Positions 1 to 14,029 of a DNA stretch of 64,000 nucleotides are shown in pieces. Source of the DNA: Eledone cirrhosa (Eukaryota). The position numbers and the translations under genes are program-made. A model generated the notes under the pieces. The model worked only from the letters and a program-made list of their open reading frames with translations, did no database searches and was not told the origin of the DNA. The stretch spans positions 1-64,000 of the forward strand of contig CAXHJY010000726.1 of assembly GCA_964016885.1 (NCBI GenBank). The letters run 5' to 3'. How positions within the stretch are numbered: position 1 is the first letter of the stretch; the number at the start of each line of letters is the position of its first letter.

Positions 1-1207
1 AGGATATGTGTTTTCTAAATTTAAGACAGTAGGGAGTGGTGTGAACGGACAGTATCACCATCAAGCTTGGAAAGAGAAAGTAGCAGAAAGTATGAAGTTG
101 TATAGATTTTGAATGGTAGTAGAAAGAGTTCAGCAGTTTAAATGAGAGAGAAAAATCGTAAAATATTGAGTTTTATCTATTTTTTGCGTAATTGTGGGTG
201 AAATTGAAAAAATTATCTGCGTCAAGACGCAATCGAAGCTATTTCGAATACTGAATCGTAAATTTCAATTGAAGAAATTCTATATCGTAGATTTCTATAA
301 CGAAGGAGCATGACCACACACTGAGCTTTATAGATTATGATTCTGTGGCTCTTTTGAGCTTGCGCATTTTCCAGGTCGAGTTTAATATTTTTTTAAAGCA
401 ACGCTTGTAATAACTCGAGTTAAACATGATATATATTAATAATATATTATTGTTGTAATGTAATTAGATTATATAATTGTTATTTTATAAATGATCTTAT
501 AAATATTATTGTAAGATGTATAAAAATATTTACAGACTTTTAATATAAACAACTACAAAAAACAATCAATATTAAATAAATATATTTTACATAATAATTG
601 TTATAGTTGAATTAATAAAAATTAAATATTACATACAAATAGTCTAACATAATAATAAAAAAATAATCTAACATAATAATAATAAAATAATCTAACATAA
701 AACGAACAATAATATGGACAAATATACAAGTAAATATGATACAACCAATATTATAAGCATGTTATAACGAACTGAAAAAAAAAATAGTTAATATAAATTT
801 AAAAAATCACATATAAATTAACAATATAACTTACCAAAACGAGAAAAATATTTTGATGATAAAACGACGAAATACAGGAGAGAGATTCAAAAGCGAAACG
901 ATAAATAAACGTGCAAACAAAGTGGCGGATGCTTTTGATCAACGATTACTCTCATTGGTTGACTAGTCAATAAGACGGTGAAATTAGCCAATAAGACGAT
1001 ACATTACAAAACATGTTTGGGAGGGATCACCACGGCCAGCGAAACCCCTTGAAATTTTTATTCACAAGCTACGCATATATTGTCAGACAGACATGCAGAC
1101 TTAAAACATTCTGTTGTTAGTCACTGCGTGTCTAACAGATAGTTAGTTGAAAAGTGGAACTAGAAAGCAATTTGGTGTGAACTTTTCTTCCTTTTATTAA
1201 TATTAGA
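1..1207 (-). mobile_element. Probable non-autonomous Helitron, 5' part (runs off the window start)
   Basis: Minus strand begins A|TCTAATATTAATAAAAG at 1208/1207, a typical Helitron 5' TC end. A short GTCT repeat lies inside, as in the complete Helitron at 60474-61139. The 3' end is not visible. Confidence 0.5.
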
Positions 1208-1596
1208 TATCTAATGCTAATAAAAATATTCTCTATGCTTTTCTCTCAATGTGGGAACATATGTGTATGTATGTATACATATGTAACTATACTTGTATAT
1301 ACATCCGTATATAACACACATATATGTATATATCCGTATAACACACACATATATGTATGTATTTATATATAATACCTCGTATGTGTTGATTCATTGGTCC
1401 AATGTCACGTTTAACAATAAGTCTGTTGAGACAATAGAAAATGCGTATAGATTTTGTACGAATGAAATATACCCATATGAAACTATACATTCCTTTTCTC
1501 TACTTTTTAAATTTCATTTATAAAATCTAAATACATTGTATGACGTTTGGCCACCCGACAAATCTGTTGCTATTTCTAAATATGCTTTACTTGATT

Positions 1597-1641
1597 CTCC
1601 TCGTTGACCAACAAGAAGTAATCTTGTTGGTCAACGAGGAG
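1597..1641. repeat. Perfect 20-bp hairpin
   Basis: CTCCTCGTTGACCAACAAGA-agtaa-TCTTGTTGGTCAACGAGGAG. Confidence 0.95.
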
Positions 1642-1931
1642 TCACGTTGACCACAGCAATAATACATATATTCAAATAAGTCTCGTTGTCTAAAGTTTAA
1701 GCTGATGATTCTTGCTTCAACTTTAGTTAATTCTTGTTATTGAGTGAAATCATGTGAAATGATTCTAAGATCTGGAAGTGTGCCGAACACTTTCAACCAT
1801 GCATTAACAGCGTTTTTTCACTGTCTTTTAAGCATATATCGTTATTTCCGAAGAATTCTTTTGGTTAATGTAATCTTTCATCGTACTTTCTTCGAATTGC
1901 ATTGTTTTTCTTGATTAATTACAAAGCTATA

Positions 1932-2278
1932 GCCGGTGAATTGGCAAAGTCGTTAGAACGTCAGATAGAATACTTTATGTTATTCGTTCCGGCTCTCTGC
2001 TCTCTGAGTTCAAATCCCACCAAGGTCAACTTTGCCTTTCATCCTTTCGAGGTCTATAAAAAAAGTACCAGTCTAGTACTGGAGTCGATTCTTCTACTAT
2101 ATCTCTTTCTCATTTCCTCTCTCACCTTCTATCCTTCTCTGGAAGAAATCTGCTGTACTCAGGCCTGGAGAGCGATGGGCTCCGCCAGACTTAAAATGCC
2201 CAAGAAACGCTGTATGTCAATACGGTGTTCCTACTACTCTATCAGGAGTTACGGGACCATACATACAATACATACATA
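1932..2278 (+). mobile_element. tRNA-derived SINE, subfamily with long 3' tail ending (CATA)n
   Basis: A-box TGGCAAAGTCGTTAG, B-box GAGTTCAAATCCC and body CTTTGCCTTTCATCCTTTCGAGGTC. Tail TCAGGAGTTACGGGACCATACATAC is shared with the copies at 33126 and 14435. Confidence 0.9.
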
Positions 2279-3852
2279 TCAAAGCTAAAAGGCCACATAT
2301 AAGAAGAATGTACGTCGGAGGAAACTTCAGCCAGAGATTTAACCCATTCATCGTTATTAAAAATTACATTTCCTTGTTTTGCACATTAATTAAAAGTTGC
2401 CTCAATCCTCTATCCCAGGACACTTGAAACTAGAACTAGGTGCCACCTTTTCATTGACCCATAATATTTTAAGATGGAAGCGTTCAGTTTCTTTAAGACT
2501 GACAGAGTATACTCTCGGAATAGTTTTACTGAAGTTACTTAGTTTCTATAGTGCAGTCTTGTCAAAGACATTGATAGTAAATGAACGTAGAGAACAATCT
2601 CGCACCTGCACAACTTGGTACTTCATTACCTCTTATGTATATATTTGTAGATGTTTAGTCGATTGTATTGACATCAGTATTTGACTGGTATTTTATTTTA
2701 CCGAACCTAGAAGACAGAATGGCAAAGTTGACCTTGGTGGCTTCTATATTGACATGGCAGTTAAACGTAAAGCTTCATTTTTGAATGAGAAATGTATCTT
2801 ATATCAACTTTATGGTAGCTAATTTGGATTGTGGTATTTGACTACTTTTTAATATCTTTATTAGATATTCATCAACATTTGCTTGATTATGTTCTTAGAA
2901 TCCCTTGAATATATCATTACTACATTTGTGTTCAGCAAGTATTATACCTTAATGCTTAGAATGCCACAAGGACCGTGAATTATGCATTTCTTAAGAGTTT
3001 CGTGAAGTATATGCTCAGTATATGGATCAGATATTTCTGTACACATTACTTTGTATATTTTGCTTGGGTTATTAAATTTATCTTCTTCATCCAATATAAT
3101 CAGAATATGAACATGAGGTAATGCTTTCCTTTGAAATCCGTTACAATATCAATATACATTAATGTTTCCAGGATATTATTCAATAACTCTTGCAATTTTA
3201 TCTTAAAATCTCTTGTTAGCTACAATACCTGTTCTGTCTGAAGGGAATTGTTCAGGAAAGAAATTATCTCTTATCTCATTCCAGAAAAGATTGCATATCA
3301 TAGTGGTAAATAAATCTGGATTCCCAAATTTTCTCACCAAAGATTTGGCATCGTGCTAGCTCTCTCCCATGTTTAATGGAAATCCTCGAAATTAGACGTT
3401 CCTCGCTAACTACCCTTTGAGGTACTCAGATCATAAGGAGCAAGGGAAAAAATCTGATATTATCGAATATTTTTAGACAATGCAGTAGGAAAGACTGGAT
3501 CTTGGCTTTACGCAAACTTGGTGAAAGCAACGAGCATGTTTCGATTTGTATTTCCTCAGTATATTCCCTTAGGAATATACTGAGATAGATAACGGACAAA
3601 TCTATAAAGGAAAGAGGAAAAGAAATTTGTGTTGAATATGTGTGTCAACAAATTGTAGAGGCGAAACTGTTTCCCCCAAAACGTGGATGAGCTAAGATTA
3701 TCAAACTTCTCTCCCTTGCTTGTTTCTCGCGAATTGAACTGAGCCAAAGGATGTTTCGGTCTTCAAATTAAGGTGATAGTCTCTGTGGATTGTGTTTTTT
3801 TACTCACTTGACATATTTAGAATGAGAGACTGTACTTATACATATATAAAGT

Positions 3853-3853
<1 letters not shown>

Positions 3854-3929
<76 letters not shown>
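3854..3929. repeat. (CA)n microsatellite
   Basis: Direct reading. Confidence 0.99.
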
Positions 3930-3935
<6 letters not shown>

Positions 3936-3936
<1 letters not shown>

Positions 3937-4680
3937 CATCATCATCATCGTTTAACGTCCATCTTCCACGCTAGCATGGGTTGGACGGTTTTGTTCCACT
4001 TGAGGCGAGATTTGTCGGGAGACCGTGTCTTGCTCGTACAGAAATGTCCCTGGCAGGTTTTATACGGCTGGATACCCTTCCTAACACCAACCACATTTAC
4101 AGTGTGGACTGGGTGCTTTTTGTCGTGTCACCGTCACGACCACTTTACAGTGAACGGAAATGGGAGGATGGAGTAGGGTCTGTAGAGTGGAACGTATATT
4201 GGGCTAAGAGGTGCCTACTGACTGTAGGTTTAAGTTTGTATGCAAGGGAAGGTGGGTCTTCTGTACAACTGCATGGCACCAAAGATCTCGATCCAGTGAC
4301 ATTGTCTTAGAGAGGTGTAAGTGAGCAAGGTCAGTTTTTATCACCTCATCTCAGGTTTTTCTTGGTCTACCCACTCCATAGCTTCCATCAATTTTCATTG
4401 CTCTGTACTTTTTTATACAGCTGTTGTCCTTCATACGCATTATATGTCCATACCAACGCAATCTCCTCTCCAGAAGACAACATTTGATACCCCGTATGCT
4501 TGGTCTCTCTCTCAATTCGTTTATGCTTTGCTGTTCGCAAACATTACTATTACTCATCCATCGGAACATGCAAGCTTCATTCCTTTCTGATCTACGCAAG
4601 TCTTCAGCACACAATGCCCAGGTCTCACTACCACGTAATATTGCCGTTCGTATACAAGCATCATACAATCTGCTCAGGTG
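3936..4680 (-). mobile_element. RTE-clade LINE, 5'-truncated 3' fragment with (GAT)n tail
   Basis: ORF 4351-4902 contains LRGSETWAL...RRLRWYGHIMRM...GRPRKT. The 3' UTR ends GGACGTTAAACGATGATGATG. Confidence 0.9.
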
Positions 4681-4724
4681 CACTACAACATATATATGTT
4701 TATATATGTATATACACACACACA

Positions 4725-4764
<40 letters not shown>

Positions 4765-4813
4765 ACATATATATATATATATGGATATGTCACTATTTAT
4801 AAAACAACTTTTG

Positions 4814-4874
4814 TATTTTATCTGGTGAGTGCGTACCAAAATTCTGGTACCCTTGAAATATATATAATAAAATA
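4814..4874 (+). ncRNA. Type I hammerhead ribozyme-like fold (core CUGGUGA)
   Basis: Stem I TATTTTAT/ATAAAATA, CTGGTGA, stem II GTACCA/TGGTAC, GAAA, palindromic stem III and an AUA triplet. Paralog of 32218-32283. Confidence 0.7.
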
Positions 4875-4915
4875 AATATGGTTTTATAAAGATAGTTTCC
4901 ATTTATTAATATCAT

Positions 4916-5667
<752 letters not shown>

Positions 5668-7218
5668 CACTTCTCCTTATAAACTCTAAAAAATTTAATA
5701 TAGAAAAAACAATTACACAAAATTTTCAAAAACTTCAACTTAAGTATCACCTTAGATAAAAAACACTAAAAACGTCAACTTCCTTGATGCTACTCTTTGC
5801 CTAGACTCTAAAATATACACACCCTATCATAAACCTAACGAAAAACTAATTCATGTGAATACCAACTCTAACCACCCTAAATCCATATTAAACTCTATTA
5901 CTAAAGGAATATCTAATATAATCTCTAATCTATCATATAATGAAACCATATTTAACAATAATTCACAATACTATAATGAGGCCTTAGCTAAATCAGGACA
6001 TAAGAATGAGATTGAATTTCTACCTATAAAATCACATAGTTACAACATTATTTCTCATAATATGGCCATGAGGAAAAATAATAAAAACACTAGCCACTAT
6101 AACTCTAGGCCGAAGGATAATACCAAACTTAACTCGCACCAAATTAAACACCACAATAATAATATAAACAGGGATATAATTACCTCAAAAACCAATACTA
6201 AAAAAAAAATAGAAGGAGAAATAATACATTCTTCAATCCCCCTTTCAATCTAAACGTCTCTACCAACTTGCCTAAGGCTTTCTTCTCAATCTTAGAAAAA
6301 AACTTCCTGTCCGGCCACAAGTACCATAACCTTATCAATAAAAATACAATTAAAATATAGTACTCCACCACACCTAACATAGCATACCATATAGCTAGTA
6401 GTAATAAAAGGAAGATTAATAATTATTTCCAACTAATTAAAACACAACAGGAGGTAAACTTAGTACCTGTAAACAATAGTAATAATAATAGTAATAATGA
6501 TAATAGCACTAATGAAATCAATAACAATACGAATGACAGACATCATTACCCTAGTGCTATCCCTAGCAACCAGAATTCTTCACAACATAGGACCCGGCAA
6601 GCTAACATCCAGAATAAATGTAACTGTAGAACTAATAGAACTTGCTCCTTAGGTAATAATTGCTTAACCAAAGACATCATCTACTCATGCACCGTCAACT
6701 CAAACAACTCTTCTAAAACATATATCGGCTCTACTTCAATCAGCTATAATCTTTTCGAAAATAGACCTCCTTAATAGAAAACCAGAGACAGTTTCCTCGT
6801 GCCAACACCGATTCCGTCACTCGTTCAATAACTTTAAACCTAGCTGTTAGTATAACAATGTCAGATTAGAATTCCCCACCACCATTAACACTTCACATCT
6901 AGGACTTATCAGCCCCCACAACTACACATTCTTTGATCAGCTCTTTCCTCTACACAACTCCTATGTACCTCTAACCTTATACTCTGCAATAACTGTTGGA
7001 ATTAAACATAAAGTTACCACCTTTTGGTATAACTAATATAGCTTAATTATATTATATAAAGTTATGGATATTTAATATGTAGAGACATTTAATGTAATAT
7101 GTAATAATAAACTATATATACATTTATATAATTAAATACTTAAATTAATAACATGTATATAAGGGATCTACATTTAAAACCATGTAATAATAATAAAGTA
7201 TATATACATTTATAATTA

Positions 7219-7581
7219 AATTTCTAATTTCAAACTCGCGCACCGTTTCAAAAACATACTTACATGTTTACATTTATAATTTGCTTGTTTATCATTCACT
7301 TGCTAAGTTCATAGCTTCTAATTCGAATGGAAGGAGACGGGATGTGTATTGGTGTAATGGTAGCACAGTGGTCTGGATAACCCAAGATGTGGGTTCGACT
7401 CCCATGTACGGCAACACTCATCTTTTTCCATTTCTCCGAGGGTTATAAACCCCACTATCAGGCTAGAAATTTCTTTAGTCTAAAATACGGTGAAAGCTTA
7501 TAATTTCTAATTTCTAATTTCAAACTCGCGCACCGTTTCAAAAACATACTTACATGTTTACATTTATAATTTGCTTGTTTA
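7219..7581 (+). repeat. 73-bp perfect direct repeats (7219-7291, 7509-7581) flanking a tRNA-like insert
   Basis: AATTTCTAATTTCAAACTCGCGCACC...TTGCTTGTTTA occurs twice. Confidence 0.95.
7343..7413 (+). pseudogene. tRNA-like pseudogene or SINE head (D-arm resembles tRNA-Gln)
   Basis: A-box TGGTGTAATGG and T-arm GTGGG-TTCGACT-CCCAT. Acceptor stem (5/7) and anticodon stem (3/5) are imperfect. TTTTT lies 10 nt downstream. Confidence 0.7.
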
Positions 7582-8489
7582 AATACATAATGTAATAGTA
7601 TTGTATATAAGGGATTAATTTTTAAACAATAATGTATATTATTACACAAATGATATATCTAGTTAGACATATAAACAGCTATTTTCCATAACATATATCT
7701 TGTCCAGTAAGGGACCTTTAATGTATTATAATAAAATACACTGTATTTAAAATTAAGTATACATGTATAGCATTATGTAATAGAGATTCAATTATATCGC
7801 ATTATAATGTGTATTAGAGCAAAGATTTTGAATAACTGAATTTAATTAGCTAGTTACCCCCCCTTACGAATTAGCTCCCCTGACTCACTTCCGGAAATTT
7901 TAACCGTTGGAAAACCTACCCGTTGAACAACTATAATCCATGTTTATGAATACAATAAGACTAATTTACAATCCATTGCTTTAACTAACTTAAACATTCA
8001 AAATAAACATTAACTAAAATATAATTCAACATATGTAATGGAAGAGACAGCAATAACTTTATTCTCCTCAACACACACAAATTCAAACACTATCAACATA
8101 CTACGTCCACCTTAGATTTTAATATATTACATTTTTGCTTAAAATACAGTATTCATTCATCTATATAAGCTTAATAACTTTGCTTATTTCCTTCTCATAT
8201 ATATGACTAACGCATGTACACTTTCTACACACCTGCATATGTATTGCTAATGAACTCTTTATTTCTAAAAGCTCCTTTCACAATGCCTCTTTAATTATTA
8301 GACTATTCTCTTGTATTATCTGTTGCATGTATTCCACTCTGTGCTTTTAATTTGAATTTGAATGTTTGTACAATTCTCGTAAAATATATGTCACATCCAT
8401 TCCACCCTGTAAATACAAAACTGTTGCTCACAACATCAATATATATGTATCTATATAGGAGGTTAATTACATGTGGAAACATTGATAAT

Positions 8490-8534
8490 GCTCCGATGAC
8501 TCCAAATGAGAGTTTGGAAGAAACGATTGTCAGC
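8490..8534 (+). ncRNA. Type I hammerhead ribozyme-like fold (core CCGAUGA), with an inverted copy at about 5065-5109
   Basis: gct-CCGATGA-ctccaaa/tttggaa-GAAA-cgattGTC-agc. Confidence 0.7.
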
Positions 8535-8719
8535 TATTAAATGATTTGAACACAACTTTGATAATTGTCTAATTTATTTATTTTCCTGCTCTGTAAAACA
8601 ACTGATGTTCTTACATTGTGCTATTTCTCTTACTAGTAATAAGGTAGTAGGAAATTACTGACCTTTCCTGTTTATAGTTGTTTATACTATATACACAACT
8701 ATAAATAGTATTATTATTA

Positions 8720-8888
<169 letters not shown>

Positions 8889-9092
8889 AAGTATGTGTTC
8901 CTACGTGTAAAAAATACATATAGGGATACAAGTATTATCCAACCGTATGTCAATGTAGTTCTATGGTGGGATTCAATGTGGTTCTATGGTTCTATTTTGG
9001 GATTTGAAACCGCACGGTAAAGACACATATAGTAAGTACAGCGAACTTTTAAAAATTTATTTTAAAACTTTTTCTCTATTTATTAGACCTTG

Positions 9093-9144
<52 letters not shown>

Positions 9145-9799
9145 AATACAAATTATGTAATACTAACCTCATTTTTATTTTTTTTATTTTTCATTGGTAT
9201 GTCATTTTTCATTCGTCTTTTGAGACTTATGTTTGTCTATTTCCATTCACCTTTAACTATTTTAGCTGGTGATATATACCTTCAATCCAGAATATTACAC
9301 CTCTCCTCCAGGGTAAAAAAAAGTAAAATATTGGTTAACATACAGCTGCCCATAATTTCATTTGATACCATGACATCTGTTATTGTAAGTAAGCTACCTA
9401 TCTCTGTATAAACTGTCATACTGAGTGCCAACTAACAAACTAACTAACTACCTGTCAACGTAATCTAGAAGTTTTAATCGGTTTTTCACCTGTACCAGCT
9501 GTTTTTCTTTATTATAACAAATCATAGTATTTGATAATTTTCGAATGTTACCATTACTTACTAGTATAATACAATAAAAAAAAACTGCTCGGATTTGCAC
9601 TTTTATTTTTATGCACATAATGCCATTACAAACCTTATTCAAAAATAGCTTCTATTCCCAAGATTTTGCCTACTTTTAGCTGGAACTGAATGAGTGCATG
9701 TCTACCAGAATACTGTTTAATGCACAAATTGTGCTCAAACATCGTTACCCCAATTATACGGACTCGGACAGTGTAGAGGAACACTCTCTGGCATGCATG

Positions 9800-10380
9800 A
9801 CCCTAGATGCTGGTCGCTTCGTGGCCCCAGCGGACGGAATGGAGAAAGCGTTGCCCCAGAGGATGGTGAGGGAGACGTGTTGGACTTATCATTCCAGCTC
9901 ACGGGACTCACTAAAGCGGGTGGCCCATTCCGTGGCCGCTACTTTGAAAGCTTGAGATCTTTGGCTTGTCGGGCATCTAAGCCTGGTTCTGTCGTCAAAT
10001 ACAACAAGTTGGCGTTGTAGAAGGTATCACTGTATGTTGCGTCCCAGATGAGAGATCCACCACTGCTGAACGGGAATATCGTGATGTCATCTGGCTTTCC
10101 GCCGTCCCCTCGGTACACCCCGGTCATCGCAAACTGAGAAGGGAAGCCTGCAGCGTCCAAGCCATGGTTTATGATCTCGTTAACATTGGCATGCGAGGCG
10201 GCTGGTACTGTAACGATATGGTAGTGAGTGAAGGCCAAAAGAGACCACAGTGGATTAACAGCGGTTTTGTGTAGATCACAGATCCGGAGGCTGAACCTCA
10301 GGGAAACACAGATGTGCAGGCAGTCGCTATGAGGCAGGATGTCGGTTAAAAGTGAGGGTACTGCGCTAAGTAAAGCACTT
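9800..10380 (-). mobile_element. CRE-clade non-LTR retrotransposon 3' fragment (restriction-like endonuclease)
   Basis: ORF 9939-10238 reads HANVNEII..YRGDGGKPDDITIFPF..LIWDATYSDT..KLSK, and downstream QHVSLTILWGNAFSI (cf. QRISIAIQRGNA). Confidence 0.8.
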
Positions 10381-10574
10381 GTCCTTCATAATCTTTGATC
10401 TGTAACTTGAAAGCAAGTGGCACATCGGTGAGTTAACTGAAATCTTAATGACACCTAATCATTGAGGCTTCTTTTATATCCGCTTAGTTGCCTTGCAGTG
10501 TAATTGCTTGTAGACTCTTACTGTCTCTTTCTCCTTCATTTGTGAGTCTTCCACGCTTGATTGGATTATAGGGG

Positions 10575-10849
10575 CACCGTCGTGATATGTTATCTACGGG
10601 ACTTTAAACTTGACGAAACTCATCCCCTCTCCAGGTCTGACCACGGCCGATTTCCTCCAGAGAAGTAGAGGGAGAATGAGAGACGAAGCAAGAATATAAA
10701 GAAAGAATCCACTCCAGTATTGGACTGGTACTTTTTTATCGACCTCAAAAGAATGAAGTTGACTGCGACACGATATTAAATCAGAGAGCCGGACGAATAT
10801 TCCAAAGGGTTCTATTCGATGTTCTAACGGCTCTGCCAATTCGCCGCCT
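10575..10849 (-). mobile_element. tRNA-derived SINE (diverged, long-tail subfamily)
   Basis: GGCGGCGAATTGGCAGAGCCGTTAGAACATCG head. Body is homologous to 1932-2278. Confidence 0.8.
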
Positions 10850-10942
10850 TTAACACAATACTACTAGCAGCACCACAATTCCATACGGCTTGGCCTTTTA
10901 TGCATATATATATATATATATCTAGGGCGGGTAAAATTCCCG

Positions 10943-11020
<78 letters not shown>

Positions 11021-11105
11021 TCCCGGGTTCAATCGATGGTAATCACACTTAGTAGGGTATTCAATAGATTGGTAGTAGAATGTAAACATAAAAGTTATAG
11101 ATAGT

Positions 11106-11150
11106 TTCTACAGCACTAGAACTGTTTCATTCAAAAGAAATCACCAGGAA
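11106..11150 (-). ncRNA. Type I hammerhead-like fold (core CUGGUGA), folded back on a partial copy at 11151-11188, with a third partial copy at 11465-11492
   Basis: ttc-CTGGTGA-tttc/gaat-GAAA-cag..ctGTA-gaa. Confidence 0.65.
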
Positions 11151-11356
11151 TGATTTCTTTTGAGTGAAACAGTTCTAGTCCTATAGAAGCCATTTCTATA
11201 TTAAACTTTATATATATATAATTGTGTTCAAAAAGCAACTTGGGGAAATATAGAGCCTGAATGAATGCATAGCATGAAAGCATGAAAGCATGAAATAATC
11301 CTGGGCAGTCTGTTCAGTATCTAAACTTGCATTGCTTTATAAATACACATACACAC

Positions 11357-11448
<92 letters not shown>

Positions 11449-11519
11449 TTAATAAAGAAATGTCTTCTACAGGACTAGAACTGTTTCATTCATGTATTGA
11501 GTATTTTACTTACTGTGGT

Positions 11520-11700
11520 TACCCATGAGATGCCACTTACGTACCACTGAAAAATTAAATATATTTGCCTCATCAACCAACATCTTGAACTCTTGGGAGA
11601 AAACAATGTCCTGTTTACACACAAACAAGTTCAGCTTGTGTTGCTTCAAACATATCTACTCACTGGACAGTACACCGGATAACCTACAAATCACGGATTA
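11520..11700 (+). mobile_element. Penelope-like element, extreme C-terminal fragment
   Basis: RCHLRTTEKLNI..ILN..MSCLHTNKFSL resembles the CxLCxxEK..LN..CxH end seen at 27437-27808. Confidence 0.6.
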
Positions 11701-12944
11701 CCTACCAGATAACGATGTGTACTAGATTGCATAAATGTCGGAAGACACACCTGGCTCGTCTTAACTCTACCACCCGCAAACTACGAGTAACCTAGCATGA
11801 AAATAATCTGTTTCATATATATTACCTCTCTTATGTGTTATACGTCATATCATACATTCAATAATCCCACATTCCATGACCTCCACCATATTTCGATTCT
11901 TCTAATCTTTATATTTTATTTTATTTTACTTCATATAAATTGACTGTTGTAATCTGCTTATTCTTTTTTCTTTATTTTTTTTCAGTGAACAGAAGAATAC
12001 CATGTTTAGTACAATGGGAATATAAAAAAAGAGGGATAAGGGAAAAATCACTACTTCCTTGTGGACAACTGACGTTGCATACCAGGTCCGAACACAGAAG
12101 ACCGAACTCCCAATGTCATCAACTCCATCTCTCTCGCTCGCCCTCCCCATCTCTCTCTTCATATTATGTTTATATTTTTATCATAATTTTCAATTTCCGA
12201 TTTTCAATTTTTAATTTTTCTTTTTTTCTATTTTGTTATTCTTGTCATTTTCGTTATCTTTCCAACTTTTCAACTTTCCACTTTTCGATTTTTCATTTTG
12301 TCAGTTTTTTCGCCTTATTCCTCATACCGTATACCTTATATTCGCCTGACACCCACACCACTCTGCCACCATCACTATCACCATCATCATATATAATTCC
12401 ATAGTATTTATATTTCCATAATCTTCATTGTAGTTAATTTCTTTATATTTCCATAATTTATATCCATACCTCATATATCTTATAAATTTCACATATTTAC
12501 TTAACACTAACACCATCCTACCACCTCTTACTCATTCACCCATCATAGCTTCCGCTATCACCATTATCCTACATTCAACCACCCTTAGATATCACAGCTC
12601 TATACTTCCTAACCCCATATTCTATAATTTTATATTCCCATAATCTTCATAAGTACCATCTCGTAATTCTTTAATTTTAAACTACATCGCTTTATATTCT
12701 TTACTCATTCCCCCTACACCAACAACACCACAGTCAGCACCACTATCCCAATTAATTAATTGTTTCGGTGTGTCTTGCTCTTTGTCAAGATTGTGTATTA
12801 CCCTGGAACTGCTGAGAATACTTAGTCTTTGCAAATGTATACATCGGCTGATAAGCCTCATTTACATACCAAGCGATTTTACGACCGGCTTTGCCAAAAT
12901 TTAAAAACAAAATATGTTTTCTCTCTAACATGGCGGATTCCTAA

Positions 12945-13244
12945 ATGTATTCATGAGTGAATAATGATAATATTATAATAACTCCAAAACAATAACAACA
13001 ATTATATACTCTTTAGGAGGAAAGATGTGTGTGTGTGTGGATAGAGAGAAAAAGTGGGTGGAGAATCGACCGGGGCTGTTGGTGGGCCCCATCGCGTACC
13101 AAAACAATTGTAGACTATTTCCTCCCTGTTACCGTTGGAACAACATGATGACGTCAGTCGTCTACAGAACACATGGTCTTATGAGGTTGTTCGCTTGCAA
13201 ACGAACTGAATATTAATATTATTATCATTCACTCACGAATACAT
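12945..13244. repeat. 300-bp segment bounded by 31-bp imperfect inverted repeats (MITE-like)
   Basis: 12945-12975 matches the reverse complement of 13214-13244. Confidence 0.6.
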
Positions 13245-13252
13245 ATATATTA

Positions 13253-13335
<83 letters not shown>

Positions 13336-13675
13336 TTTCAATTTTCTACTTCATGTGATGTACACAATGGCAAAAAATTATAAATTAATGTAAACAAAAT
13401 TCAATAAATTTACTTTATTTATGAATAAAATATTTTCAATGTATTGGCATTTATTGCAAATGTATTATTTGAGTCAACATACAATGGAGGTTTACACAGT
13501 ATGCTTGAAGTCGTAGTACTAACATTAAACATTATAACTTAAAGTCCACCACAATAAAATGTTCCCAATCATATTTCTGAAAAATTAACCATGAAGAAAG
13601 TTTCTACATGTTCACTCAACATGCTAGAAATATGGCCTAAATTTCCCTTAAATTACAACATATTCTTAGCTTCTT

Positions 13676-13980
13676 ATATTATCTGTCCCGTAGTCTGGTG
13701 GACAGTTGGAGCGCCACAGATGACCTGGTAGCCAGCTCCTTCCATTCCTCTCGCCTCTCCTCCTTCTTCGCTGTTGACACAGCCTGATGCTTGCCCATTC
13801 CGAGATGTTGTCCTCCCATCTCTCCCTCTGTCTGCTTCTCTTCCTTCCTCCTCGTACTGTTCCCTGCAGGACAGTCTTGGCAAGCCCTGAAGATCTTGTC
13901 ACGTGCCCGTACCATCTCAAGTTGCGTTTTTCTTTTTTTCACAATGGTTAACAGGTCTTCGTAGGGCCGAATAACAACAT
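13676..13980 (-). mobile_element. RTE-type LINE 3' fragment
   Basis: PYEDLLTIVKKR..LRWYGHVTRSSGLAKTVLQGTVRGGRKRSRQRERWEDNISEW. Confidence 0.9.
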
Positions 13981-14029
13981 ACAATCTTTAAAAAATAAAA
14001 CGGGCATGTACGATAATGTAAATTCTGAG

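Larger units (their letters stand above)
1540..3400 (-). pseudogene. Decayed Helitron Rep/helicase (RepHel) coding remnant, interrupted by SINEs
   Basis: Manual minus-strand translation gives VRKFGNPDLFTTMICN (cf. GKPDLFITFTCN), the HUH motif FQRKALPHVHIL (3101-3136), HGPCG, FNCHVNIE and IPRVYSVSLKETERFHLKIL, in the expected order. Many stops and frameshifts. Confidence 0.8.
5668..8580 (+). mobile_element. Penelope-like element (Naiad-type), 5'-truncated: RT thumb, partial GIY-YIG, long 3' UTR/pLTR
   Basis: NVNFLDATL..YTPYHKPN..NTNSNHP..YNEALAKSG, FNPPF, NKNTIKI*YSTTPN and CNCRTNRTCSLGNNCLTKDIIYSCTV..KTYIGST (CxCx5Cx5C plus GIY-YIG). Hammerhead in the pLTR. Confidence 0.9.

Noticed and set aside
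1902-2288. Recurrent ORF family (also 33135, 14425, 10594) that looks like a paralogous protein
   Set aside because: These are SINE copies, and frame and length are not conserved.
3530-3585. 13-bp hairpin with an overlapping CTGAGGA..GAAAC motif on the minus strand
   Set aside because: There is no stem II. At best it is a decayed pLTR remnant.
6617-6665. Selenocysteine (UGA) recoding reported for some Naiad elements
   Set aside because: The conserved Cys codons here and in the 27437-28400 element are TGT or TGC, with no in-frame TGA at those sites.
7343-7413. Functional tRNA gene
   Set aside because: The acceptor and anticodon stems are mispaired.
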